DNA of 64,000 bases, from the NCBI GenBank assembly GCA_018671245.1, contig JABHIB010000007.1, positions 6,650-70,649 of the forward strand, given 5' to 3'. The notes under the pieces were generated by a model. It was not told where the DNA came from and ran no database searches. It saw nothing but the letters and a program-made list of their open reading frames with translations. The position numbers were made by a program, and so were the translations under genes. The stretch's first letter is position 1. Each line of letters starts with the position of its first letter. Shown piece after piece: positions 48,084 through 56,120 of the stretch. The DNA is from an archaeon. Its GTDB lineage: Archaea > Nanobdellota > Nanobdellia > SCGC-AAA011-G17 > PNOQ01.

Positions 48084-49532
48084 TTATCTATGTTTTTTCT
48101 GGATTTGTTTTGTTTGAGTTTTTTGTTGTGTTTTTTTAGGTGGTGCTGCCGGTTTTGTTTTTTTCTGTGTTGTTTTAGGTCTTGTATAAGTTTTCTTTTG
48201 TGTAGCCTTAGGTTTATTATATGTTTTTTTCTGTGTTGTTTTAGGTCTTGTATAAGTTTTCTTTTTTTGAGTCTCTGTTTTCTTAGGTACTACATAGGTT
48301 TTTCTTTTTCCAGTCTCTTGTTTTTTTGGAATTGTATAAGTTTTCTTTTTGTTAGTTTTTTTAGGTACTATTCTCTTAATTGTTTTTGGTTTGTCATAAT
48401 CTCTACTCTTGACATTTCCTGTCGAAGGTTTGTATGTTTTTGTGTGGCTGTTATTGTAGCTTTTTCGTTCTACTTTAGTTTTCAAACTTTTCTCACTTTT
48501 TCTAAGATCAGTTTTGTATTTTTTTTGATCAAATGTTTTCGTCTTCCATGTTTTTCCTGGAACCCTTCTTTCTCCAGTTTTTGATATTGGCGCATGCCTT
48601 CTTTGTTTGTATTGGTGGTGCCAGTTTATATGGTTATAATGGTGATCCCACCACATATCCCAGTGATGATGATTCCAATGGTGATTGTTGTGCCATCTTG
48701 GATAAGGATCGTATCCATCCATATATCCGTCATTATCTGTATCTGGATCTCTTGGATTTGTTCCCATCCAAATCTCAACTAAATCGCTAAGTCCATCATA
48801 ATCTGTATCCCAATTGTAAGGATTTGTACCTGCAATCATTTCTGACCAGTTAGATATTCCATCCCCATCCCAATCTTGCCCATAATGGTCATGATAACTA
48901 GTGTTGTAAGTTATAACTCCTCTAAGTTCTGGATCCCACCATGGATTAAAATTTGAAGGATAGTGTGCGTGATTGTACCATTTCCACCAGCCTTCTCCCC
49001 AGAACTCATGTCCTCTATTATTATTTAATCTTGATTCATATGATGGATCTGTAAAATATAATTCTCCGTTTATGTTTATTGTTTCTAATTCTAATATATC
49101 ATTATCCTGTCTTTCGTCATATATTCCTGTTGCATATACTTCCTTTAGTGGATGTCCTGCAGGAGAAATTTGATTAATTTCAATAATCTTATCTATACTT
49201 TCTTTAACTTCTTTAAGGAGTGTCCTGTTTGATCCTCTAACATCTTCGTAAATTGATATGTTTTCTCCCTTCTCTTGAGAGTATCCTTCTATTCTAAGTG
49301 TTTTGTCAAATATATCTACTCTTTCAGGTATAATCTCTAATCCTGTTCTTATTCCATCTCCTAGGTTTTCAAGATTATATGAAGATTCGTAACCTACTCT
49401 ATTCTCGATGTTATTGTATTTGCTCACATATTGTGCACAACCACTTGTTGAGCCTATAGTTGCGGCAACTAATAATGTTAGTCCTGTTTTTTTGAGTCCA
49501 TCTTTTACTTTTTTTATTAGAGAATTATCCAT
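48084..49532 (-). CDS. predicted lipoprotein with thrombospondin-type-3-like Ca-binding repeats, a His/Trp-rich block and a lysine- and threonine-rich tandem-repeat tail
   Basis: It has a signal peptide with lipobox GSTSGC and D-x-D-x-D-G motifs (DWDGDGISNWSE, DTDYDGLSDL, DPDTDNDGYMDGYD). It has the block WHNNHHWNHHHWDMWWDHHYNHINWHH, then about 6 copies of KKTYTRPKTTQ-like 11-aa repeats. Confidence 0.5.
   Translation of the reverse strand: MDNSLIKKVKDGLKKTGLTLLVAATIGSTSGCAQYVSKYNNIENRVGYESSYNLENLGDGIRTGLEIIPERVDIFDKTLRIEGYSQEKGENISIYEDVRGSNRTLLKEVKESIDKIIEINQISPAGHPLKEVYATGIYDERQDNDILELETININGELYFTDPSYESRLNNNRGHEFWGEGWWKWYNHAHYPSNFNPWWDPELRGVITYNTSYHDHYGQDWDGDGISNWSEMIAGTNPYNWDTDYDGLSDLVEIWMGTNPRDPDTDNDGYMDGYDPYPRWHNNHHWNHHHWDMWWDHHYNHINWHHQYKQRRHAPISKTGERRVPGKTWKTKTFDQKKYKTDLRKSEKSLKTKVERKSYNNSHTKTYKPSTGNVKSRDYDKPKTIKRIVPKKTNKKKTYTIPKKQETGKRKTYVVPKKTETQKKKTYTRPKTTQKKTYNKPKATQKKTYTRPKTTQKKTKPAAPPKKTQQKTQTKQIQKKHR
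48125..48350 (-). repeat. in-gene tandem repeat (33/66-nt period) encoding KKTYTRPKTTQ-like units
   Basis: A near-identical 39-nt segment TTTTTCTGTGTTGTTTTAGGTCTTGTATAAGTTTTCTTT occurs at about 48160 and again at about 48226. Diverged copies flank them. Confidence 0.5.
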
Positions 49533-49583
49533 TTTGAATCATTATCTTATATATATTAAAATATATAAGTGTTTTCAATTTTG

Positions 49584-50393
49584 TTAGAAATATTTATTTA
49601 GGGTTGTTTTTTCTAAAACATCCATATATTTAGAGCATTCACAGAATCTATGGCCGCTTTGTGGATAATCTTCTATATTATCTGTTTTTGTTTTTTCTTG
49701 AATTAATCTGCATTGTTCGATTGCATGATCTATCAATTCCTGATCAACTTTTAGATATTTTTTATTTTTTCTTAAAAAATCAATCCCAACAGAGTTTGGA
49801 TGTTTGCCATATTTTTCGTTGTATAATAATGCATAGATTGCTAGTTGTAATCTGTATTCATCAGTCATATGGTCCATTCTTGAAGTTTTATAATCTATTA
49901 AACTAACATCTCCAGCAACTTCTTCTATTGCATCTATATAACCTTGAACTTTATGTTCTTCTGATATGAAATGTACTTCAGTTTGAGGTTTTGCAGTATC
50001 AAATGCTTCTTTGAAATTTGTTTTTTCTTCTCTTGTTATGACTTTTTTTATAAATCTATTAAACCAATTATTTAACATATTTACCGATTCTTCAAAGAAA
50101 TATTTTTCTTGTTTTTCGTCTAATTTCAATTCATCTAACTGGTCTTTCGATTCTTCCCATCTCTGTTTAAATATACTTTGTAAAATAATATTCAATTCTA
50201 TCTCATAGTGTTCTTTATCTATTCCGTCTGTTTTTAAATCGAAAAAATCTTCTAATGCTTTGTGAACTATTTTTCCTCTGATTAAGTGAATAGAAGGATC
50301 TAGACTCAACTTTCCGATATATCTGTAATAATAACATCTAGGACACATATTGTAGTAATTTATTGAACTCGGACTCTGGATTCTTTGTGGCAT
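49584..50393 (-). CDS. Cas4-like PD-(D/E)xK nuclease with FeS cysteines (stand-alone, no CRISPR context)
   Basis: It has N-terminal CPRCYYYRY, a central GYIDAIEE...DVSLIDYKTS (D...E-x-K) motif, and C-terminal CECSKY cysteines. This pattern is typical of the Cas4/RecB nuclease family. Confidence 0.5.
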   Translation of the reverse strand: MPQRIQSPSSINYYNMCPRCYYYRYIGKLSLDPSIHLIRGKIVHKALEDFFDLKTDGIDKEHYEIELNIILQSIFKQRWEESKDQLDELKLDEKQEKYFFEESVNMLNNWFNRFIKKVITREEKTNFKEAFDTAKPQTEVHFISEEHKVQGYIDAIEEVAGDVSLIDYKTSRMDHMTDEYRLQLAIYALLYNEKYGKHPNSVGIDFLRKNKKYLKVDQELIDHAIEQCRLIQEKTKTDNIEDYPQSGHRFCECSKYMDVLEKTTLNKYF

Positions 50394-50453
50394 TTTAATT
50401 CAAAAGAATATTGTTTTAAAAGAATTGCTTAAGTGGAATATATATGTTAATTT

Positions 50454-52235
50454 TTATTTGATATATCCGCCCTTTTGTAAGTTCCAAAGTTTTCTATATC
50501 TTCCTGGAATTTTTATCAATTCTTTATGTGTACCTATCTGTACTATTTTCCCTTTATCCAAAACTACTATTTTGTCAGAGTTCATTATTGTAGATAGTCT
50601 GTGTGCTATAATTATTGATGTTCTTCCAATCATTAATTTTTCTAAATCTCTCTGAATGTCGTGTTCTGTTTGTGAGTCTAGTGCTGAAGTTGCCTCATCT
50701 AATACTAGCAATTTTTTATTTGCTAATATTGCTCTTGCGATTGATACTCTTTGTTTTTCTCCTCCAGAAAGTTTTACTCCTCTTTCTCCAACTATCGTTT
50801 TTTCTTTTTTTGGAAATGTTTTCACTATTCTGTATAGTTGTGCAAATTTCATAGCCGAGATTACTTCTTCTTTTGTAGCTCCCGGATTTGAAAATGCAAT
50901 ATTATTGTATATTGTGTCATCAAACAGTATGCATTCTTGAGGCACTATGCTTAATTCAGATCTTAAGGATTCTTGTTGCACATCTTTTATACTAACATCA
51001 TCTATTAGAATTTCTCCCTTATCTAAGTCATATAATCTATATAGTAATTTTACTAGTGTGGATTTTCCTGATCCTGAATGTCCAACAAATGCAACTTTTT
51101 CGTTCTCATTTATTTTTAGTGTAAATTTCTTTAACAATTTCTGTCCTTCATGGTAATTAAATGAAACTTTCTTAAATTCGACAGTCCCTTTTTTTATTTT
51201 TAATTTCTTTGCGCCAGGTTTATCCTTTATTTCATTCTCCATTTTTCCATACTCAAATAATGGTTGGAAATCTGCCATCGATCTATAAAATCTTCTTATT
51301 CCGTTCATGAAACCGAATAATGGTCCGACTATATCTCCATAAACTGCATAAACAAATATTACAGTTCCTATACTAATTTCTCCATTAACAAATTGTGTTA
51401 GTGGAAAATACATTAAAAATATGAATCCTATTGAAAGAATTAATGACTGTATTGCCTCTAACCATCTAAAGTAATCCCAGTGTTTTACCATTGCGTGTTT
51501 GGTTATACTTGTAAATGATTTGAATTTTCTTTTTATTTTATTTTCTTTTCCAAAATGTTTTATTGAATCTATATTTGTCATAAAATCGCTTAGATTTGCT
51601 TTTTCAACATCTGATGCATCTATTACTGCCATGTTTGCTTTCTTTTGCAGGTTTTGAAGTTTGAGACTAGAAAGTATGAATGCAATCATTGTTACAAATA
51701 TTGTTAGTGCAGAGGTCCAACTAAAATATATTAATACAGTTCCAACAACTATTGTTTGGAATAAAAGTGGTGCAAAATGAAATGCAATTATGTCATTCAT
51801 TGATTCTATTGCTGATCCGCCTCTTATAATTCTTGAAATTAACGATCCTGTCTTTTTAGATGTGTGAAAATTATAGGATAGGTGGATTATATGGTCAAAG
51901 AATCTTGTTTTTATATCTTTCATCATCTTTGAATCTATTTTGTTTATAAGATGTATATGGAACCATTTACTAATACTCAGAATTACTCTGATTATAATAT
52001 ATGTTATTGCTACAAATGTTAAGAGCTCTATAAATTCTGATTTTGCTAAAACTCCTGAAGAGAATTTCTCACTATTATCTATAACTATTTTGTATAAAAA
52101 TTTAGGTGCTGTGGTTGCAATTGCAGAAACTACACTTAAAAGAAGTATTCCTATAAGGAGAGATTTATAATTTTTTAAAAAGCTCCAATATATTTTCAAA
52201 TTATATTTAAAATCTATTTCTCTCTTTTTTTTCAT
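50454..52235 (-). CDS. ABC transporter, fused permease/ATPase exporter (MsbA-like)
   Basis: It has a six-TM N-terminal domain and an ABC domain with Walker A GHSGSGKST, the signature LSGGEKQRVSIARAIL, and Walker B LVLDEATSALD. Confidence 0.85.
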   Translation of the reverse strand: MKKKREIDFKYNLKIYWSFLKNYKSLLIGILLLSVVSAIATTAPKFLYKIVIDNSEKFSSGVLAKSEFIELLTFVAITYIIIRVILSISKWFHIHLINKIDSKMMKDIKTRFFDHIIHLSYNFHTSKKTGSLISRIIRGGSAIESMNDIIAFHFAPLLFQTIVVGTVLIYFSWTSALTIFVTMIAFILSSLKLQNLQKKANMAVIDASDVEKANLSDFMTNIDSIKHFGKENKIKRKFKSFTSITKHAMVKHWDYFRWLEAIQSLILSIGFIFLMYFPLTQFVNGEISIGTVIFVYAVYGDIVGPLFGFMNGIRRFYRSMADFQPLFEYGKMENEIKDKPGAKKLKIKKGTVEFKKVSFNYHEGQKLLKKFTLKINENEKVAFVGHSGSGKSTLVKLLYRLYDLDKGEILIDDVSIKDVQQESLRSELSIVPQECILFDDTIYNNIAFSNPGATKEEVISAMKFAQLYRIVKTFPKKEKTIVGERGVKLSGGEKQRVSIARAILANKKLLVLDEATSALDSQTEHDIQRDLEKLMIGRTSIIIAHRLSTIMNSDKIVVLDKGKIVQIGTHKELIKIPGRYRKLWNLQKGGYIK

Positions 52236-52465
52236 TTTCGTTAAGTTTAAATATATGGCATTTCATACAAGTGTATGACAAATGTGGAGTATCTTTCCGA
52301 AGACTTTATACAAAAGAATTTTCATTTAGATAACCTTGATGATTCTGAAGATGAGTCTTGAGGATTAATTGTGATATCTGTTTAAAAATGTTTTCGTTTT
52401 CTGAAGTGATTATATGCAATTTTATTTTGGAAAGCTATTTAAATAATTGTAATTAAGATATTATT

Positions 52466-53386
52466 ATGAAAAGAGGAATTTGGTTAGTGGTGTTATTATT
52501 CTTTGTAAGTTTTGTAGTATCTCAGCCACCTGAGTTTCATGTCTTTAGTGGATATGTTTCTTGTGAGGGAAGTAGCGGATATCTTAATGATTATATTATT
52601 AGTGCAACTATTCAGGGTATTGATGATTCCTCATCATTTCAAGGCGAAATAATTAATGGGGAGTATGTAATCTTTGTGGATGATTCCGAAGTTGATTGTT
52701 CTAATGTGTGTGAAATAAAATTTGTTGTATCTGGAGAAAATTTTGAAGGTACAAATTACTCTTCTATGGGGTTTGATGTTTTAAATTTTAGTTTGAGTAG
52801 TAGTAACTTCGTTTGTTCTGGTCCTGTGTGTGGGGAAAATGGGTGTGAATCTGGAGAAACTTGTTCTAATTGTCCTGCTGATTGTGGTGGATGTACAAGT
52901 AGTGGAAGCAATAACAATGATAGGTGTGGAGATAATGATGTCAATCGTAATCTTGAAGAGTGTGATGGTATTGATTTAGAAAACAAAACATGTGTTAATA
53001 TGGGATTTGATAGTGGAGAATTAAATTGTTATGATAATTGTACTTTTGATAGTTCTTCTTGTGCTGGAACTGGTCCTGAGTGTGGTAATGGAGTAAAAGA
53101 ATATGGTGAAGAATGCGATCATTATGATTTATCTCTCAATTCTTGTTCTGATTTTGATTTTGATTATGGTGTTTTGAGTTGCTCTGATTGTAGTTTTGAT
53201 TTGTCTGAATGTTTTTATGAACCTGAAACTAATGGGACTGGTACGGAAAGAGATCCAACTGAGATTGCATTAAATTATAGTGTTTGGTTAATAATTGGAT
53301 TTGCAGTTGTCATTTTAATTTTTATTGTGCTGGCACTGTATAAAAAGTATGGATATCATGGAATTTATCAAGATAAGTATGATTAA
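52466..53386 (+). CDS. Cys-rich repeat surface protein, type I membrane topology
   Basis: It has a signal peptide and many cysteines with repeats of the form CGDNDVNRNLEECDG and ECGNGVKEYGEECDHYD. These resemble the CGNG...GEECD Cys-rich repeat. It has a C-terminal TM helix (VWLIIGFAVVILIFIVLALY). Confidence 0.5.
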   Translation: MKRGIWLVVLLFFVSFVVSQPPEFHVFSGYVSCEGSSGYLNDYIISATIQGIDDSSSFQGEIINGEYVIFVDDSEVDCSNVCEIKFVVSGENFEGTNYSSMGFDVLNFSLSSSNFVCSGPVCGENGCESGETCSNCPADCGGCTSSGSNNNDRCGDNDVNRNLEECDGIDLENKTCVNMGFDSGELNCYDNCTFDSSSCAGTGPECGNGVKEYGEECDHYDLSLNSCSDFDFDYGVLSCSDCSFDLSECFYEPETNGTGTERDPTEIALNYSVWLIIGFAVVILIFIVLALYKKYGYHGIYQDKYD

Positions 53387-53431
53387 TTTGTTACAGTAAA
53401 GTTTTTTAAGTATTAGTTCTAATATTTTAAT

Positions 53432-54358
53432 ATGGATTTGTCAAGACAAGAATTAGTTATTGGAAAAAAAGCTCAAAAAAAATTAGAGAATTCGAAAATT
53501 GCGATAGTTGGACTTGGTGCAACTGGAAGTCTCACTTCGGAATTGTTAGTTAGAGCTGGTGTAAAAAAACTGATCCTTATAGATAGAGATTATGTTGAGA
53601 GTTCAAATTTACAAAGACAACATATGTTTGTGGTTTCAGATATTGGCGAATCAAAAGTTAGAGTCTCTGAAAAATATTTAAAAAAAATAAATTCTAAAAT
53701 TAAAGTAAAATCTTATTTTGATAATTTAGATCATACTAATATTGATTTGATATCTGCAGATTTAGTTCTTGATTGTACAGATAATCTTCAAACAAGATTT
53801 TTGATAAATGATTATTGTAAAAAAAATAAGATAAATTGGATTTTTTCTTCAGCAATAAAAGGTCATGGATATGTGTTTAATGTTTTACCTAAGGGTCCTT
53901 GTTTTAATTGTGTTTTTGGAAATTTAAGTAGTTCGGATACTTGTGAAACTGTTGGTGTAATGAATACAATAACCTCTTTAATCTCTTCTTTACAGGTTAA
54001 TGAAGCTATTAAATTATTAATTAATAAGGAACCAGAAAAAGATCTGATATATGTAAATATTGATAAGAATAATATTCTTAAGATAAAAGTAAATAAAAAA
54101 AAGCATTGTGAAGTTTGTGATGAGATATATGATTATTTATCTGGAGAGAAAGATCAAAAGTCAATAAAACTTTGTGGGCATGGAAATTATTTGTTTGAAA
54201 AGAAAAAAAAGATAGATAAGAAGAAGTTCAAAAAGATTAAAGATTGGGGTGGAGTTTTCAGATACAAAGAGATGACCGTTTTTCCAGATAAGGTACTGAT
54301 TAGAACTAAAACTAAAAAAGAGGCAGAGATTATCTATTCTAAATATGTAGGTAATTGA
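53432..54358 (+). CDS. ThiF/MoeB/UbaA-type E1-like adenylyltransferase
   Basis: It has the nucleotide-binding motif IAIVGLGATGSLTSELLVRAGVKKLILIDRDYVESSNLQRQ and the zinc motif C-x2-C...C-x2-C (CFNC...CEVC). Confidence 0.8.
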   Translation: MDLSRQELVIGKKAQKKLENSKIAIVGLGATGSLTSELLVRAGVKKLILIDRDYVESSNLQRQHMFVVSDIGESKVRVSEKYLKKINSKIKVKSYFDNLDHTNIDLISADLVLDCTDNLQTRFLINDYCKKNKINWIFSSAIKGHGYVFNVLPKGPCFNCVFGNLSSSDTCETVGVMNTITSLISSLQVNEAIKLLINKEPEKDLIYVNIDKNNILKIKVNKKKHCEVCDEIYDYLSGEKDQKSIKLCGHGNYLFEKKKKIDKKKFKKIKDWGGVFRYKEMTVFPDKVLIRTKTKKEAEIIYSKYVGN

Positions 54359-54852
54359 ACAACTATATCATCTAAGAATGAATTCATTTCCTGTTTATTT
54401 TGTATCTTAATAACTTCATTATTATATCCTTCAACTATTTGTTCATATTCTTTGTAACCTTCTTGTTTTTTATATTTACTAACTGCCTTAACTAGGTTTA
54501 TAGTATCGATAAATTTTTCATCTGCACCTTCATTTCTTCTTTTGTGAAATCTTTTCATCAATCTATATGTTAGTATTGGTAAGGGGGCATCCACCCAGAT
54601 TAATAGTTCACTTTCTTTTATCGCATCGCTTACCCAGTCTGTATATACTCCTTCCATGATCCAACTGTCTTCTTGACAGATAGTTTCTAGAATTCTTTTT
54701 CTTTCAGGTATATCACGTTTGATGTCATATTTTCTTTCCCAGAAGATGTTATCGAGATCATAATGAAATATATGTAATTTAGAAGATAGATTTTTAGCTA
54801 AGTGGGTTTTTCCACTTCCTGATGGTCCAATTATGTGTATTTTATTTTTCAT
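54334..54852 (-). CDS. P-loop NTPase, adenylate-kinase/FlaR-like
   Basis: It has the Walker A IIGPSGSGKTHLAKNL and length and pattern resembling topology-modulation FlaR-like kinases (HIFHYDLDNIFWERK). Confidence 0.5.
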   Translation of the reverse strand: MKNKIHIIGPSGSGKTHLAKNLSSKLHIFHYDLDNIFWERKYDIKRDIPERKRILETICQEDSWIMEGVYTDWVSDAIKESELLIWVDAPLPILTYRLMKRFHKRRNEGADEKFIDTINLVKAVSKYKKQEGYKEYEQIVEGYNNEVIKIQNKQEMNSFLDDIVVQLPTYLE

Positions 54853-54855
54853 TTT

Positions 54856-55053
54856 TTATCCGCCAGATACTACGGATAAGAATTTCAGTTCGTCCTGATC
54901 TTTTAGTATTGCTTTCTCAGTTACAAGCTCTCCATTCTTAACAATTATCACCTCTCCTAAACCAATATTCAGTTTTTCAGATATCTCTTTTATTGTATTT
55001 GCTTCTATTTCAATATTTTGTTTTGATTTTTCGTCAAATACTTTAATTTTCAT
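54856..55053 (-). CDS. ubiquitin-like small archaeal modifier / sulfur carrier (SAMP/ThiS/MoaD-like), C-terminal Gly-Gly
   Basis: It is about 65 aa from the internal ATG whose ATGA overlaps the ncsA stop. It ends ...LSVVSGG, and MKIKVFDEK... is consistent with a beta-grasp start. The track ORF extends further upstream into ncsA. Confidence 0.55.
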   Translation of the reverse strand: MKIKVFDEKSKQNIEIEANTIKEISEKLNIGLGEVIIVKNGELVTEKAILKDQDELKFLSVVSGG

Positions 55054-55979
55054 TTTTTTATTAGCTCCAAATATTTGCAAGTTTGACATTTTTCTTTTGA
55101 AGTTGGTTCCCCACAAGTATTACAGTATGATATGTCTTGTTTTTTATAACTTTCTTTTAGTAATGGTAATGTTTCTAAGAATGAATGTATTATTGAATTC
55201 TTTGTGCTAGGATATTCTGAATTTAGTTTATTTAGTGCATCTCTAACTTTACCTCTAAATGAATTTTCTGCGTAAGGGCATTCATTGAAGGGAGTTGCGA
55301 GTTCTTTTATGAATGCATAAGTCATAATTTCTTTTTCTGTTAGAAAATATAAAGGTTTTATTCTTCTTATGAATTTTTTATCATCTTTTATTCCAGTTAG
55401 TGGCCCCAATCTTGAAGATGCAGCAACATTATTTCTGAATTGATTCATTAAGATTGTTTGAGTTTCATCGTCTAAATTATGTCCTGTTGCTAATATGTCA
55501 ATCTTATTTCTTTGTGCCTCTTTGTTTAGTAGATATCTCCTAAATACTCCACATACACTACAAGGTTTTATTTCTAGTTTTTTTAAAATTTGATCCAGAG
55601 TCATTCCAAACTCTTTTTTGTAACTGGTAATTTTTAGAGGTATTTGATTTTCTTCACAAAACTTTTTTGCAAATTTCAAAGTTTCATCCCTATACCCTTT
55701 TATTCCTTCATCTATTGCAATTGCTATTATTTTTGTTGTTCTTTGTTGTTCTGCTAATGATTTTAGAATATTTAGGGTGACCATCGAGTCTTTTCCACCA
55801 GATAGTGCGATCCCAACTGTATCTCCTTTGTTGAATAATTTGTATATTCTAACTGTTTTTCTTACTTTTTTCTCAAAGTATCTAAGGAAACATTTTTTAC
55901 AAAGAGAGATATTACTATTTGGAAGATGAATTACAGGTGTTTCTCTACATTTTCTGCATGTCATAAAAGTTTTGTTCAA
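55050..55979 (-). CDS. ncsA: tRNA 2-thiolation PP-loop ATPase NcsA/TtuA family
   Basis: It has an N-terminal zinc finger CRKCRETPV...CKKCF, the PP-loop SGGKDS, and C-terminal zinc-finger cysteines (CNTCGEPTSKEKCQTC). Confidence 0.8.
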   Translation of the reverse strand: MNKTFMTCRKCRETPVIHLPNSNISLCKKCFLRYFEKKVRKTVRIYKLFNKGDTVGIALSGGKDSMVTLNILKSLAEQQRTTKIIAIAIDEGIKGYRDETLKFAKKFCEENQIPLKITSYKKEFGMTLDQILKKLEIKPCSVCGVFRRYLLNKEAQRNKIDILATGHNLDDETQTILMNQFRNNVAASSRLGPLTGIKDDKKFIRRIKPLYFLTEKEIMTYAFIKELATPFNECPYAENSFRGKVRDALNKLNSEYPSTKNSIIHSFLETLPLLKESYKKQDISYCNTCGEPTSKEKCQTCKYLELIKK

Positions 55980-56120
55980 AAAATAGATTTATAAGGTTTA
56001 CTAGATTTCATAATTCAGAGATATTCAGAAGTTTTCGATTAAAGAAACACTTATATATTTAAACTTATCACTAAATAGTGATAAATATCAAAATAATTTT
56101 ATAAATTAGGAGGAAATGCA

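Noticed and set aside
48051-48790. + strand Cys/Phe-rich ORFs 48051..48584 and 48533..48790
   Set aside because: They are the complement of the K/T-rich repeat and His/Trp-rich region of the lipoprotein gene. They are a compositional artefact.
56097-56107. TTTTATAAATT immediately upstream of the 56121 ATG as the TATA box
   Set aside because: It is too close to the start codon (14-24 nt) for archaeal TATA-to-TSS spacing. An earlier TTATATATTT (56051..56060) plus the AGGAGG at 56108-56113 fits better. I left it unannotated as uncertain.
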